From contig CAVRAO010000012.1 in the NCBI GenBank assembly GCA_963719035.1, positions 64,001 to 128,000 of the forward strand: a stretch of 64,000 nucleotides of DNA, given 5' to 3'. The notes under the pieces were generated by a model, which worked only from the letters and a program-made list of their open reading frames with translations, did not search any database and was not told where the DNA came from. This stretch comes from Methanobacteriota archaeon (lineage in GTDB: Archaea > Halobacteriota > Bog-38 > Methanoflorentales > Methanoflorentaceae). Shown one piece after another: positions 51,440-63,674 of this stretch (the first letter of the stretch is position 1; each line of letters begins with the position of its first letter). Both the position numbers and the translations under genes were made by a program.

Positions 51440-52741
51440 ATGACAGGTCCAGAAACACCAGAAAACGCTGCAGAGTGCCCACCTGAACCTAAAAAAGGCG
51501 ATCGCGTTCCAAGGTTCCCCCTGATTATATTCATCGCTCTTATTGCCGTCGCTTTCTCACTGGTTTGGTTTGCAGCAGTACAGCTCCTACATACGTCTTT
51601 TTGGAAAAGTGATTTTGTCATTGCCAACCGCTGGATGATCCCGGTCGGCGTCCTCTTCTTTTCGCTGCTCGTCGGGCTCTGTGGGAAGTACCTGCGCGCC
51701 CCAAACGTAATTAACGGAGGCTTCGAAGTTGTTTTGAAGGGGGAGCGTCTTGATTACACCACTTTTCCCGGCACGCTGCTTACGTCCTTCTTTTCGCTGC
51801 TCTCAGGAGCGGCCATCGGTCCTGAAGCCCCCCTAACCTTTCTTGTGGTTGAAATCGCCGAATGGATTGGTGATAAGGTCAAGCTGGCTGAAGAGACGAG
51901 GCTCGGCTTCATAATGGCGGGAATTGCCGCGGCGTTCAATGGCCTCTTTGGCAACCCCCTCTTCTCGGCGGTCTTCGCCACCGAATTGCAGGAGGATAAA
52001 GGAAGCATACGTTTCCTCGCGTGGAACCTGGTTGCCGGGGCCATTGGTTACGCGCTTTTTTCGTTGATTGGGTTCCCAGCATTCGCCAGCAGCCTCCCCA
52101 TGACACCGGTCACTGCGATCACGCTGCCGTACGCGATCTTTGCGATCGTTCTTGGCACCATTGGGTCCATTTTGGCGATTTTCATCGGCATATCATTCAA
52201 AGGATTCGGCACAATCATGGATAAGGTGTTCAAGGATCGGTTAATGGCGCGCATCATGGTTGCTGGCGTGATTATCGCCGTCGTCGTTTACTTTGTCCCC
52301 GAAGTTATGTTCTCAGGCGAAGCTGAAATCCACACGATAGCCGCTAACCCGGCAGCATACGGCGTACTGGTTCTACTTGGCTTCGCCATTCTTAAGGTCC
52401 TCCTCCTTGCGCTTTCATACAAGGCGGGGTATCTCGGAGGGCCCATCTTTCCGACGATGTTCGCTGCCATCATGATAGCCCTTGCCATCAACCTGGTGTT
52501 CCCGAGCGTGCCAGCCGGTTTGCTCGTAACGTGTATCGTGACAGCAGCGATCACGTTCGCTTTGGGCGTCCCATTTACTGCCATCTTGCTTACCGTTACC
52601 TTTGTGACGTCTACCACACAAGAGCTTGGATATATCGCCCTCGCCGCTGCGACCGCGCTTGTCATCGGAGCGGCTTTTAAGGAGCGGATGAGCCGACGTG
52701 GCGCGCGTCAAGGTGATTCTGCGGACGATGGCCCGGTCTGA
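51440..52741 (+). CDS. CLC-family (YfeO-like) anion channel/transporter 2
   Basis: GAAIGPEAP, FSGE, GYLGGPIFP; paralog of 26327-27640. Confidence 0.88.
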   Translation: MTGPETPENAAECPPEPKKGDRVPRFPLIIFIALIAVAFSLVWFAAVQLLHTSFWKSDFVIANRWMIPVGVLFFSLLVGLCGKYLRAPNVINGGFEVVLKGERLDYTTFPGTLLTSFFSLLSGAAIGPEAPLTFLVVEIAEWIGDKVKLAEETRLGFIMAGIAAAFNGLFGNPLFSAVFATELQEDKGSIRFLAWNLVAGAIGYALFSLIGFPAFASSLPMTPVTAITLPYAIFAIVLGTIGSILAIFIGISFKGFGTIMDKVFKDRLMARIMVAGVIIAVVVYFVPEVMFSGEAEIHTIAANPAAYGVLVLLGFAILKVLLLALSYKAGYLGGPIFPTMFAAIMIALAINLVFPSVPAGLLVTCIVTAAITFALGVPFTAILLTVTFVTSTTQELGYIALAAATALVIGAAFKERMSRRGARQGDSADDGPV

Positions 52742-52925
52742 CTGCGTAGGTTCTCAAAAATCTTCCCTTTTACTAAACAGGAGGCAGCGTCAAGCTTCCG
52801 GCGCTAAGCTTTCCCTGTTTTGTGACGAAGGGCTTGCGACACGATAACCGTCCAGCGTTTATGATACGTCGATTAACGCCTTTTTGTGAGGGGAAAAAAC
52901 TACAAAAACTGAGCGAAAATAATAC

Positions 52926-53135
52926 CTAAGTCAAATCTTCAATCGGCCCACCACATCGAATGCAACCTTCACTACCCCCCTCCCTATAACATTCAATACA
53001 AAATGACGTTTCACATTTTGAGCACTTAAGGCGCGGGCCCACGAGTTTTTTTCCACACCGACTACATGTAACATTTACGCTCCCCGAGCGTTGACTGCCA
53101 AAAACTGAAAACCAGTCCTTCCAAGACATCTTCAT
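52926..53135 (-). CDS. Small zinc-finger protein with four CxxC motifs
   Basis: CSRC, CSKC, CIEC, CIRC; TATA-like TTTAAATA upstream. Confidence 0.65.
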   Translation of the reverse strand: MKMSWKDWFSVFGSQRSGSVNVTCSRCGKKLVGPRLKCSKCETSFCIECYREGGSEGCIRCGGPIEDLT

Positions 53136-53309
53136 CGCCGGCCTAAAATGATGTCGCGATATATTTAAAAGTAGGTTTTCCGGTCAAACCCGTGCGATTG
53201 CTATCACAAATTCCAAAAACGTAATTCAAGACAAAGCGAATACATCCGGAAAATACCGCGAACGGAGAAACAAAGCAAATATAAAAAAAAGAAGGGTGGG
53301 GTTACACCC

Positions 53310-53825
53310 TTACACCCATCTAGCCAAAAAGCCTGACACTAGCAACTCTAAGCCGAAGATTATCAGGAACACTGCCGTGAGTGCTACCATCGTCCACCCG
53401 CCGATAACGGGGTTTATCATCACGATAAAACCGGCGATAACGCCCAGTATACCGACGATTATAGCTCCAGGTGTGCCACGCGTCATGCTCGCCAAACCGG
53501 CAAACAACAGCCCGAGGCCCAGTAGGAAGATGATCGTAAATATCCCAAGCAAGATATTTCCGATTATCATTGCGGCGATAGCGATCTCTATAATTGACAA
53601 GATCAGGTTGAGAAGTCGTTGCCATCCGCTAATACCGTGATCAAAGATCCGCACGAATGACAGAATTCCAAGGACAATCAGAGCAATTGCTAGAAAAGTT
53701 GCGAGCGTTGCCAATGCTATTCCTGGATATGCAAGAACATACCCGCCGAGTGCAATGACGATAATGCCTGCGATGATTTCAGCGATTCGCACCCACATAG
53801 AAGTCTTTTTTTCATCAGCTGCCAT
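53310..53825 (-). CDS. HdeD/DUF308 membrane protein 2
   Basis: Paralog of 37663-38175; shares upstream ATAGGAGGTGAAAAT and GTTAAATACT. Confidence 0.8.
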   Translation of the reverse strand: MAADEKKTSMWVRIAEIIAGIIVIALGGYVLAYPGIALATLATFLAIALIVLGILSFVRIFDHGISGWQRLLNLILSIIEIAIAAMIIGNILLGIFTIIFLLGLGLLFAGLASMTRGTPGAIIVGILGVIAGFIVMINPVIGGWTMVALTAVFLIIFGLELLVSGFLARWV

Positions 53826-54024
53826 AATTTCCATTTCAATTTTCACCTCCTATCCGTTAAACATGAAATATTATCCCTCTCTAAGTATTTAACCCGCTCG
53901 AAATGAAAACAATAGCGAACGGAGAAACGGAAGCCGCAGTCAAAAAAGGGGCGGGGGCAGGTTAGAATACCCTCTCACCATGGCCATTCGTGACTCCAAT
54001 TCGGCCCCCGCGCTCGTTTATCTC

Positions 54025-56860
54025 TTATGCTAGGAACTTTTTCTGCAGATCGCGCGACAAATGCAGCTCCATCTTGAGCCCCAGCTCGCGACAAATGGCC
54101 TCCTGTTCCCCGAAGAGCTGTTTCGCGCCCTCCCGGTCGCCTTTTATGGCCCTAATGACAGCCTGATCGCCCAGGCATCGCTGCAGCTCTCTCTTCTGCC
54201 CCATGGCCAGGAACATGCCTTCGGCCTCTTTACAAAGCGCCATAGCCTCGTCCAGCCGTCCCCGCTGCAGCAAGACCCTGGCCTGCCCGTTCAACCCCAT
54301 GGCCAATCCATAGTAAAAGCCTCGCTCCCGGGAGAGCTTAATTACCTCGTCGAACAAGGCCGCCGCCTCGTCCAGCCGGCCGAATGTCTGGAGCGTGTCC
54401 CCACGGAAGACCATGGCATTGAGGTACGGCTCTTGCTCGCCGAACTCGCAGGCTATCTGTTCGGCCTTGCTGTATTTCTCGATCGCACCCGCGCCATCAC
54501 CTGAGAATAGCAGGGCGTAGCCTTCCATGATCCGGCACCAGATCAGCTCCTCCCTCAGCCCGTGTTCCCGATCGATCTGTTCCGCCTCTTTGATCAGTTT
54601 CATGACTTGGCCTATGTCAAACGTGAGGCTCATGGTAGCCATCGCCTGCCAGACTAGCGCCTTACTGACGTGGGGCATGTCACCAGCTCCGAGGGCGATC
54701 TGGTGCATATCCAGGAGGACGGGCATCGCGGTGGCCATATCGCCCGTCACCGTGAGGATAAGACCCTGGAGGTACAGGGCCTTTAAGAGACCAGCGTCGT
54801 CGCCGAGCTTCCGGCAGATGGCCTCCTGCTCCCGGGCCAGTTGCATGGGCCGTTCCCAGTCGGCCTTGGCCAGTAGGGCGTAAGCATAGCTGCTCAACGA
54901 TAAAGAAAGGCTGTGCAAGTCTCCGTTGCTGCGGAATAGGTCTGTCGTGAACTCCAAGACACGTACGGCTTCGGCGAAGGGCCCTCGCACGGCTAGGATG
55001 CTGGCGACCGCCAGCATGCCCTTGCCGTTGGCCGCGTTTGCCGCTAGGTCGAGCCGACCGAAGATGTCCCCGATCTTCAGGTTAGTTTTACTCTCGATCA
55101 GGGCGAAGTTCGCCAGCAGTTTGAACTGGTCGGCCTCCCAGGCGGCGCCGATGAAGTCCAGGTCCGCGAGCAGCGCTTCCAGCTTGTGAACCCCCCGCCA
55201 TGGTTAGGTGTACCGGCAGGTATGATAGTAAATAGGGCGACCATTTCCCCGCCTTATAGTCTGTCCACCCGCTTTCGGCCAGGATCCGGTGGCCTTCCTC
55301 GACACTAACAAAATAAGGGTCCTGCTTGCCCTCGTCAGTGAGCCAGTCGGTCACCGACCGGTGGAACGGAGTGATGCCCCGGTCGAAGTTGAACAGCGGG
55401 CTAAGCAGCTGGCGGAACTTCCGCTCCTCGTGGACGCTCCAGCCAAAGACTGCGGCCAGCTGTTTCAGGCTCAACGGCTCCTGGGCGGCCGCCACCACTT
55501 CCAGCGCGGGACGAGCCCGGGCATCCCACTCGCTGACGTCCGGGAACTGCCGCTCGAACAGGTCTAAATAGGCGCCGCCCAGCCCCTTTGGGAACTTGTC
55601 GAGTCTATCTAAGGATAGCCGGCCGCTCCTGAGCTCGGCCACGACCCAGGTGGCGTAGAGGAACAGGCCGCCTGTCTTTTCGGCGATGCGATCAGCGATG
55701 TCCGGGGCGACCGACGGCGGGAGCTCCCGGGCCAAATAGGCCTTGATGTCCTTCTCGTTCCTCGGATCGGAGATGTCCAACGTGTAGTGGGAGTACGCCT
55801 GCAGGGGCGCTAACACCTCGGGCGTGGGGCGGCTGGTGATGATCAGCCGGAGCCATCCCGGCGTTTTTTCGAACCCGGAGGCGATGAAGCTGGCGAGCTC
55901 GTTACGGCCACCTGCCGTGGCCTCGTCGAGGGCGTCGATAAGGATAACCATCTTGCGTTGCTGTGCTGGGTAGTTCGCGGCCAGCGGTTGGACAATGAGG
56001 TGGTCAAATAGTGTTTTAGCGTCCTGGCCCTCAAGTTCGTCCAGCTTGACCCGGCGCAGCCGCATCTCATAGTCTGGCAGCTGCGTGCTCAACTGGTAGG
56101 CGATCGACATGACCGCCCGGCGAGGATCACGTTTTTGCACATTATCATAGCTGCAAAAGTGGAAGGCTGCGATCTCCGGGCGTCGAACAGTTAGGTAGGA
56201 GGATATGGCCGTCTTCCCCACGCCCGGGCCCCCGGATATCCAGAAGATACGCGAAGCGTCAGGGTCCTCAAGCCACTGGTCGACCTCCTCAAAAACCCAC
56301 CCACGACCTATGAACCTGTCAAAGTTGTACCTCACCTCGGAATCGAACGATAATGGTTTTAAAACGTTGAAAAGATGCGAATGGTAGCCTTCAAAATCGA
56401 GCATATCACGCTCAAGGGCTTCGAGGAGCTGCCGCTGGAACGTCACCCCATACTTTTCCTTTCGTTCTTCCAGCGGTAAGCAGTCCTGCATATCCACCCA
56501 TTGGATACGACAGATGCTCAAAGGCGGCTCACACCACACGAGCATTATGGGGATTATTTTAAGGTTCTTCGTCAGCGCCCTGGCAAGCTCGTTCAGGCAA
56601 AACCCACCCGGGCGCCGCACCGAATGGGGAGTCATGATCAAAATGACACGACCATTACTGTCCCTGGCGGCCCAATTCAGCCCATCCTCAATATAACTCT
56701 CCCAGTCGACCCCCGGCTTGAGCCGGTCGAGGTCGAACCAGACCTCGTGGCCCCGGGTTAACAGGTCCTCCTTCAGTTTCAAGGCAAGACCAACGTGTTC
56801 GTCGTGACCATAACTGATAAAGATGCGCAGACGAGAATTGCTTGACGCACGGGCGGCCAT
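54025..56860 (-). CDS. TIR-NACHT(STAND)-TPR NLR-like protein, about 945 aa, frameshift at a G6 run near 55193
   Basis: IFISYGH...FCLNEL TIR; GGPGVGKT Walker A; LIDALDE Walker B; GLFLYA; FHRSV.DWL; C-terminal TPRs; the frames join across the homopolymer. Confidence 0.88.
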
Positions 56861-57209
56861 AAATCTATCCCCATTAAATATCAAGTGAAATGCTAGCTGT
56901 ATCTATCTTCACACTAAATTTATATATAACAGCCGTGGTTTTTAGCAGAGAGTAAAAAGATGCCTAACTGAGGTTAGTGAAGGCGAAAAACACGAGATCC
57001 ATTCTCTAAATCAACTGCAGGTTTTTTTATGCTGCCCGTTTCGCGAAACCACGACGTAAGTCTATTGATTGTTGGTCACGCTGCGAACTAAGAGCGAATA
57101 AAACTGCAAAAGATATTAACAAAAACATGTGATAACTTAAGAGCGATTGTCATTCGGTATTTGCCCGAAACTATAGCAGCGCACATTACAAGTTCACGTC
57201 CATAAGAAA

Positions 57210-58841
57210 GTGCCGGTGTTTGCGATGGAAGAGAAGCCACAGTTCAAATGGGGAGTCGTCGTAGTTGCGTGCATCGCCATCTTCATCATCGTTCTCGATA
57301 GCTCCGCCATGAACGTGGCCATATCGGCAGTGGTAGTAGACTTAAACACTGATTTGAGCACGATCCAGGCTTTAATCGCTATATACGCATTAACGATGGC
57401 CTCCCTCATGCTTACCGGCAGCAAGTTGCAGGGCGTTTTGGGGAGAAAGAAGACCTTTTTTGTCGGCCTCATCATATATGCCTGCGGAACGACGACGGCC
57501 ACACTGAGCGTTAACGTCCTCATGCTTCTCATCGGCTGGTCACTCCTCGAAGGCATCGGGGCCGCTCTGATGTTCCCCGCGACGACCACCATGGTCAGTG
57601 CGGCGTACGAGGGCAAAGACCGGCTGACGGCATTTGGCATCTGGGGAGGCATCGCCGCCATGGGAGCTGCTATCGGCCCCCTCTACGGAGGGGCTCTCAC
57701 TTCCTTCGCCACTTGGCGGTTGATCTTTGCGTTCGAACTGTTCGGGGTCCTCGCTGTAATCCTGATGAGATCGTACCTGCGTGAATCCACGCCATCACTT
57801 GGGTGGCGCGACATAGACCTTGGAGGCGTCGTGCTCTCAGTCACCGCGCTTTTCTGTCTTGTATTTGGCATTTTGCTCCTCGGGTCTCCACAGTACTGGC
57901 AGTTGGTGCCGTTGTTCATAATCGTCGGCCTCATCCTTTTTGCCGCGTTCCTTCTATGGCAGAGGCGGCGCATTAACCACCACGCGGAGCCGTTGTTCGA
58001 TATCTCGGTGCTTAAAAACCGGCTCTATGTCTTGGGCAGCGCGACGTCGGCGATCCAGCAAGTCGCCTTCGGCGGCGTGCTGTTTATCCTCCCTGTATTT
58101 CTACTGCAAGTCACGCGCGTGAGCGCCTTTACGACCGGCGTCGCATTGCTCCCGATGTCGATCGCAATTTTCGTGCTCTCGGTCACAGGGGGCAGACTCA
58201 CATCCATTGTATCGCCTAAGGTCGTCTCCCTCATCGGATTTCTGATTGCCGCTGCAGGTGCGTACCTCTTGCGCGACGTCTTCAGCCAGAGCACTCAGCC
58301 TGTCGACATCATCCCTGGCACGGTGATATTCGGCATCGGAGTGGGGTTGCTGCTGTCTCAGTTGACCAATCTCACCATGTCCGCGGCGCGGAAAGACCAA
58401 GAGATCGACGCCTCAGGATTTCTCAACACGGCAAAGAACTTGGGCTACTCTGTAGGCACAGCGCTCATCGGCGCTATCCTCCTCGTAGGAATCTTTAACG
58501 GGCTCGTTGCAGGGATCAGCACGTCCACGCTGGTGAATAACACAACGACCCAAGAGCAGATACAACAGAATCTGTACGCGTACGCCCAAAATATGCAGAC
58601 AAGCGCGCCGCCCAATATCCCCCAGAGTCTCATTCCCGAAGCGCAGCGCATCCTCGACAGCACGATCAGCTCGGCAATGCACCTCACGTTCGTCTCACTT
58701 ACTTTGATTCTGCTCCTTGGCTTTGTAATAACCGCTCTTCCTGCCTCGGTCAGCGAAATAGGGCTTGAAGCCCTTGCTGATGTACATGTCACTCTCGACG
58801 TTTCACTTTTGAAACGCAAGATCAGTCACAACATAGATTGA
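57210..58841 (+). CDS. MFS transporter (DHA2-like, 14 TM)
   Basis: LDSSAMNVA, GRKK, EGIGAAL..P, GPLYGG. Confidence 0.92.
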   Translation: MPVFAMEEKPQFKWGVVVVACIAIFIIVLDSSAMNVAISAVVVDLNTDLSTIQALIAIYALTMASLMLTGSKLQGVLGRKKTFFVGLIIYACGTTTATLSVNVLMLLIGWSLLEGIGAALMFPATTTMVSAAYEGKDRLTAFGIWGGIAAMGAAIGPLYGGALTSFATWRLIFAFELFGVLAVILMRSYLRESTPSLGWRDIDLGGVVLSVTALFCLVFGILLLGSPQYWQLVPLFIIVGLILFAAFLLWQRRRINHHAEPLFDISVLKNRLYVLGSATSAIQQVAFGGVLFILPVFLLQVTRVSAFTTGVALLPMSIAIFVLSVTGGRLTSIVSPKVVSLIGFLIAAAGAYLLRDVFSQSTQPVDIIPGTVIFGIGVGLLLSQLTNLTMSAARKDQEIDASGFLNTAKNLGYSVGTALIGAILLVGIFNGLVAGISTSTLVNNTTTQEQIQQNLYAYAQNMQTSAPPNIPQSLIPEAQRILDSTISSAMHLTFVSLTLILLLGFVITALPASVSEIGLEALADVHVTLDVSLLKRKISHNID

Positions 58842-58991
58842 GGGGACGCTTAGCAGTTTTTAGTTTAACACCGTGCACTTCGGTTTAGACTGCTGCCACA
58901 AAAGCGTTTCACGCTAAGTATCTGAACCTCGTAAGGACAAGATAGCTGACTTTATTTCGCAAGACTAAAGTAGCTGTTTGTTTAACGCAAT

Positions 58992-59411
58992 TTGATGGGA
59001 AACGAACCACCTAAGGGCTCTAAGCGAATAGTGCGGGTCTTTGAAGCTTCTGAGCTAGTGCTTTACAGTGCTGTAGCCGTTTTGCTCATCGTTATTGCGA
59101 TCATCTCGCTTGTAGTCGAGGTATCGAACATTAGCACTTATGTGACTAGTGCTTCACCGATACTTGGACTGCAAGAGCTATTCGTCACCATCATTGTTCT
59201 GGAATTGCTAATGACGGTCGTCGGCTACATTAAGCGAAGATCGATCAACCTCGGGCTATTACTAGGTGTGGGCCTGACTGCCATGATTCGGAAGATCATA
59301 ACGGTTGGGTACTCGTCCACCAATAACCAAGAATTTGCTCTCGTGTTGCTCGCGACGGCTATTCTGGTAGCAGCGATAATATTCGTGGGAGATAGGACAG
59401 TAAAAGCCTGA
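58992..59411 (+). CDS. PsiE-family membrane protein
   Basis: IIVLELL.TV, VGL.A.IRKII. Confidence 0.8.
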   Translation: MMGNEPPKGSKRIVRVFEASELVLYSAVAVLLIVIAIISLVVEVSNISTYVTSASPILGLQELFVTIIVLELLMTVVGYIKRRSINLGLLLGVGLTAMIRKIITVGYSSTNNQEFALVLLATAILVAAIIFVGDRTVKA

Positions 59412-59482
59412 ATAGGGCGTCGCTCTCGCTGCGGCAACCGGCCCGCTTAAGGGCACGTTTCTCTGAAATAAAACCTACTTAA

Positions 59483-60886
59483 TTACGATACCGGATGCGA
59501 TTCTCGTGGCGATCGCTGCTTCACTATTGTCTTTGTCTTTGGCGCCAGCAAGGCATCATACGCCCTTTTAACATCTTCAACGAACAAATCCGCCATATCG
59601 CGACTGAAGTTTTGTCTGACGACGACGCGCATGATGGTAATGTCATCAGCATTAGGCGGCAGCGTATAGGCGGGGACGATCCAACCACGCTCACGCAGCT
59701 TAGCCGACAGATCGTGCACTGAGAAGTCGACGGGTTCCTTGAGCTGCAACGTGATAACGGGTAGGGCTTCAGCTGCGTTGAGTATGTCGAAATGCCCTAA
59801 ATCGAGGAGGCGCTGTGTGAGGTACTGTGCGGTTTCGAGCACCGCATGAGCGGCCCTCTCGTACCCCTGCCAGCCGAGTCTGAGCAGGTTGTAGTACTGA
59901 GCGAGCAGCATTCCGCTCCCACGAGAGAAATTGAGCGTATAGCTGGCCATCTCATCGCCGAGGTAGTTGACGTAGAACATAAGCTCTTCAGGCAAGTCGC
60001 TTGTATCGCGGAAGATAAGCCAGCCAAGGCCAGGATACACCAGCCCGTATTTATGAGCGGACACGTTGATGGATTTTACCTGCTCCAGCCTGAAATCCCA
60101 CTTAAACTGCGGTTTGCTAAAGGGCAGGATGAACCCGCCGATGGCGGCATCGACGTGAATGGGGATATCCCACCCACGCGAGCGCTTCACATCGACGAGC
60201 AGGTCGTTAATGTCCTCGATCGGATCGATCTCACCGGTAAACGTCGTTCCCAAGACAACGCCGACACAGATGGTGTTCTCGTCAATGAGTTCAGCAACGG
60301 CCTCTTTCGTGATCGTAAAACGATCCTGCTCGAGCGGAATAACCCGCGGCTCTACGTCGAAGTATTTGGCAAATTTATACCAGCAGATATGCGCATCAGC
60401 ACCAAAGATGACGTTCGGCTTATCATAGGGCCTTCCTTCCGCTTCACAACGTTTCTTCCACGTCCACTTGTGGGCGAGCAGTCCGAGCATTACTGCCTCA
60501 GAGGATCCTACCGTTTCGGTTCCTGCAAATGTCACTAGTTCTGGGGCATTGAAGAGGCGGGCAAGCATGTTAATGCACCGCTTGTGTATCACCTCAGTCT
60601 GCGGATACTCGAACTGATCGGCGAAGTTCTTGTGAATGTTCTCTATGACAAGTTGTGTCGCCTGCGGCTCCATCCAGGTCGTCACAAAGCTTGCAAGATT
60701 GAGGGCCGGATTGCCATCCAAGTTCATCTCGTCGTGCACTAACTGATATGCGCAGTCCGGACGCATGCCAGTTTCAGAAAGCTCATACTTAGGCACTGGC
60801 AACGCGCAAAAGCGTGAGGTGTAAGCCGGCCCGACTACTTTCTCAGGCTCAGTAAGGTTTTCGAGGTCTACTTTGTGGGAGAGCAT
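59483..60886 (-). CDS. gadB: Glutamate decarboxylase 2
   Basis: [37 protein letters not shown]. Confidence 0.95.
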   Translation of the reverse strand: MLSHKVDLENLTEPEKVVGPAYTSRFCALPVPKYELSETGMRPDCAYQLVHDEMNLDGNPALNLASFVTTWMEPQATQLVIENIHKNFADQFEYPQTEVIHKRCINMLARLFNAPELVTFAGTETVGSSEAVMLGLLAHKWTWKKRCEAEGRPYDKPNVIFGADAHICWYKFAKYFDVEPRVIPLEQDRFTITKEAVAELIDENTICVGVVLGTTFTGEIDPIEDINDLLVDVKRSRGWDIPIHVDAAIGGFILPFSKPQFKWDFRLEQVKSINVSAHKYGLVYPGLGWLIFRDTSDLPEELMFYVNYLGDEMASYTLNFSRGSGMLLAQYYNLLRLGWQGYERAAHAVLETAQYLTQRLLDLGHFDILNAAEALPVITLQLKEPVDFSVHDLSAKLRERGWIVPAYTLPPNADDITIMRVVVRQNFSRDMADLFVEDVKRAYDALLAPKTKTIVKQRSPRESHPVS

Positions 60887-61131
60887 AGCATAAAGAGAGC
60901 TAGAATCGGTAAATAGTTGTCGAACTCCACCACAGAAACGATTTGACCAAAAACCGCCTATGAAAGCTGCTCTTAGCGAGTTCTGCCCTCAATTCTTCCT
61001 GCGTTGCCTGCTCGTAAACACCGTCTTGTTGCACGGCAGGTATTTTGCGTTATAGACCACAAAATACACTGATTCAGGCACGTGCGCTCCAGTTGTATCA
61101 GAGTATATATATTAAGCGCTGCAGAGGTTAG

Positions 61132-61593
61132 ATGATGGATAGAGGGCGCGCCTTTGTTGTTTGCTTGATGCCCGCGCTGCTAACGTTCACCATTGTCATG
61201 GCCGGATGCACGTCAAGCGTCAATAACAATAACACCTCGACTGTGTTAACAGAAACGAGTGAAAATGTGTCGATGACCACAACAACGAACGCTACAAACG
61301 TAACGCACGCGGAGCCTATGACCGCGGCACAGGGGCAAAATTTTACTATAACGCTCCGTTCAAATCCTTCTACGGGGTACCACTGGGAACCGCAGTTCGA
61401 CAGCACAGCACTTTCGCTGACGGACAGTGCGTTTGTGAGCGATCCGAACCCGCATAATCTGGTTGGAGTGCCTGGATCTCAGGTTTTTACGTTTCAAGGC
61501 CTTACGAAAGGAACGACGACAATCACGTTCAATAACGTTAGTCCGGCACAGATTATTACTGAACAGACGGTTTATGCGGTGACGGTCACGTGA
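61132..61593 (+). CDS. Chagasin/I42 cysteine protease inhibitor lipoprotein
   Basis: Lipobox MAGC; NPSTGYHW; VGVPG. Confidence 0.88.
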   Translation: MMDRGRAFVVCLMPALLTFTIVMAGCTSSVNNNNTSTVLTETSENVSMTTTTNATNVTHAEPMTAAQGQNFTITLRSNPSTGYHWEPQFDSTALSLTDSAFVSDPNPHNLVGVPGSQVFTFQGLTKGTTTITFNNVSPAQIITEQTVYAVTVT

Positions 61594-61631
61594 AGCGGCG
61601 AAGTGTGAGGGCGCAAAACTAGCGAAATCTT

Positions 61632-63566
61632 ATGTCATACGTTATGCTAACACCGTCCAACGGGAGTTTATCACCAAACGCAGAAAGACGCAACGAGGTT
61701 TACTGAAGCAGCCAATAAAGCACTGCTGAACGAACTGAGCTGGGACGACACCCAGGATTTTGAATTTGCCAGCCGTGGCTTCATTGCCAGCTTGCACGAG
61801 CTGGTAATCACGCGACGCCAACGGTCGGCTGGTCTGGGATTTGAATGCGTACCCTTTCCTTGAAGAGGAAGCAGCCCCGCCGTCGGTTAACCCCAGCCTG
61901 TGGCGGCAATCGCGCTGAAGGCGCTCTACCACGGCCTGTTCAAGTCACCGAGGGTGTCTATCAGATTCGCGGCTTTGATTTATCGGTGATGAGCATCATC
62001 GAAACCGACACCGGTTATATTGTCGTGACCGCTGATTTCAGCCGAAACCGCCAGGGCTGGCATGGAGTTGGTATACCAGCATGTAGGCCAAAAACCGATT
62101 GTGGCTGTTATTTACACCATAGCCATATTGACCACTGGGGCGGCGTCAAGGGCGTTATCTCCGAAGCCGACGTCAACGCCGGCAAAGTCAAAGTGATTGC
62201 CCCGGAGCATTTCTTGGAACATGCTATCAGCGAAAACATCATCGCCGGCAACGTGATGAGCCGCCGCGCAACCTATATGTACGGCAACCTGCTGCCCAAA
62301 GACGTCGAAAGGGCAGGTGGGCGCCGGGTTGGGGCAAACGACATCATCGGGGTTGGTCACCCTGATCGAGCCGACCGACTACCATCACCGAAACCGGCCA
62401 AGATATGACGGTTGACGGCCTGGAAATAGAGTTTCAGCTGACCCCAATACCGAAGCCCCGGCAGAGATGAACTTCCTCTTCCCCAAATACCGGGCGCTCT
62501 GCATGGCCGAGAACTGCACGCACAACATGCACAACCTCTACACCCTGCGCGGGGCGCAAGTGCGCGACGCAAAGCCTGGGCTTACTACATCGACGAAGCC
62601 ATCGATCTTTCGCTGGCAGGTATGACGTACTATTCGCCAGCCATCACTGGCCCACTTGGGGGACCGACGCCGGTGTTGACTTTCTGAAAAAGCAACGCGA
62701 CATGTACAAATATCTGCATGATGAAACCCTGCGGCTGGCCAACCAGGGGTACACCATGCTGGAAATCTGAGATGATTCAACTGCCGACAGCGTTGTTCCA
62801 GGCGTGGCATAACAGAGGGTATTACGGCAGCATCAACCACAACGTGAAAGCCATTTATCAGCGTTATCTGGGCTTTTTTGACGGTAATCCGGCCAACTTG
62901 CACCCGCTGCCGCCACAAGAGGCCGCCAAGAAGTGATGTCGACTTTATGGGCGGGGCCGAAACGCTGCTGGCTAAAGCCCGCCAATCATTTGCCGAGGGC
63001 GACTATCGCTGGGTAGCTCAGGTGGTAACCATCTGGTGTTTGCCGACCCCGATAACAAGGAAGCGCGCGCTTTGCAGGCCGATGCCCTGGAACAGCTGGG
63101 CTATCAGGCAGAATCCGGCCCGTGGCGCAACTTCTACCTCAGCGGGGCCAAAGAACTGCGCGATGGCGTGATGGATTTGCCAGCTCCACAATCAGGCACT
63201 CCGGATGTTATCAGAGCTACCCCGCTGGACATGTTCTTTGACCTGCTCGCGGTACGACTCGTAGGTCCCAAAGCCGAGCGCAAAGTTATCACCCTCAACA
63301 CAATCTTCACTGACGTTAATGAGCAGTACCTGCTGACGGTTGAAAACGGGGTGCTGAATTACACCAAAGGCAAGCAGGCTGACCAGGCCGATGTCACCCT
63401 GACCACGACCCGCACCGCGTTGAATCAGGTTGTCCTGGGAGGGGCCAAACTAGCCGACAAACTGGCGACGGGTGAAGCTAACATTGAGGGCAGCCAGGAA
63501 AAACTGGTCGAGTTTCTATCGTTGATGGACACCTTTGAATTCTGGTTCAACATTGTTACGCCTTAA
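61632..63566 (+). CDS. Alkyl sulfatase (SdsA1/BDS1 type: MBL, dimerisation and SCP2 domains); frameshifted
   Basis: [57 protein letters not shown]. Confidence 0.9.
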
Positions 63567-63674
63567 ACGCCAAAACCCGTCCAAAAGAGCTTCAAAACTA
63601 CGTCGAACAGGGGCTAGCACGTTACAGAGAATAGCAATCTGGGCGTGGGACAAACTACGGTATACAAAATGAGT

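Noticed and set aside
51340-51440. Possible fluoride riboswitch upstream of the CLC gene
   Set aside because: Lacks a convincing GATG stem/pseudoknot, and the protein lacks CLC-F motifs; an Infernal search would be decisive
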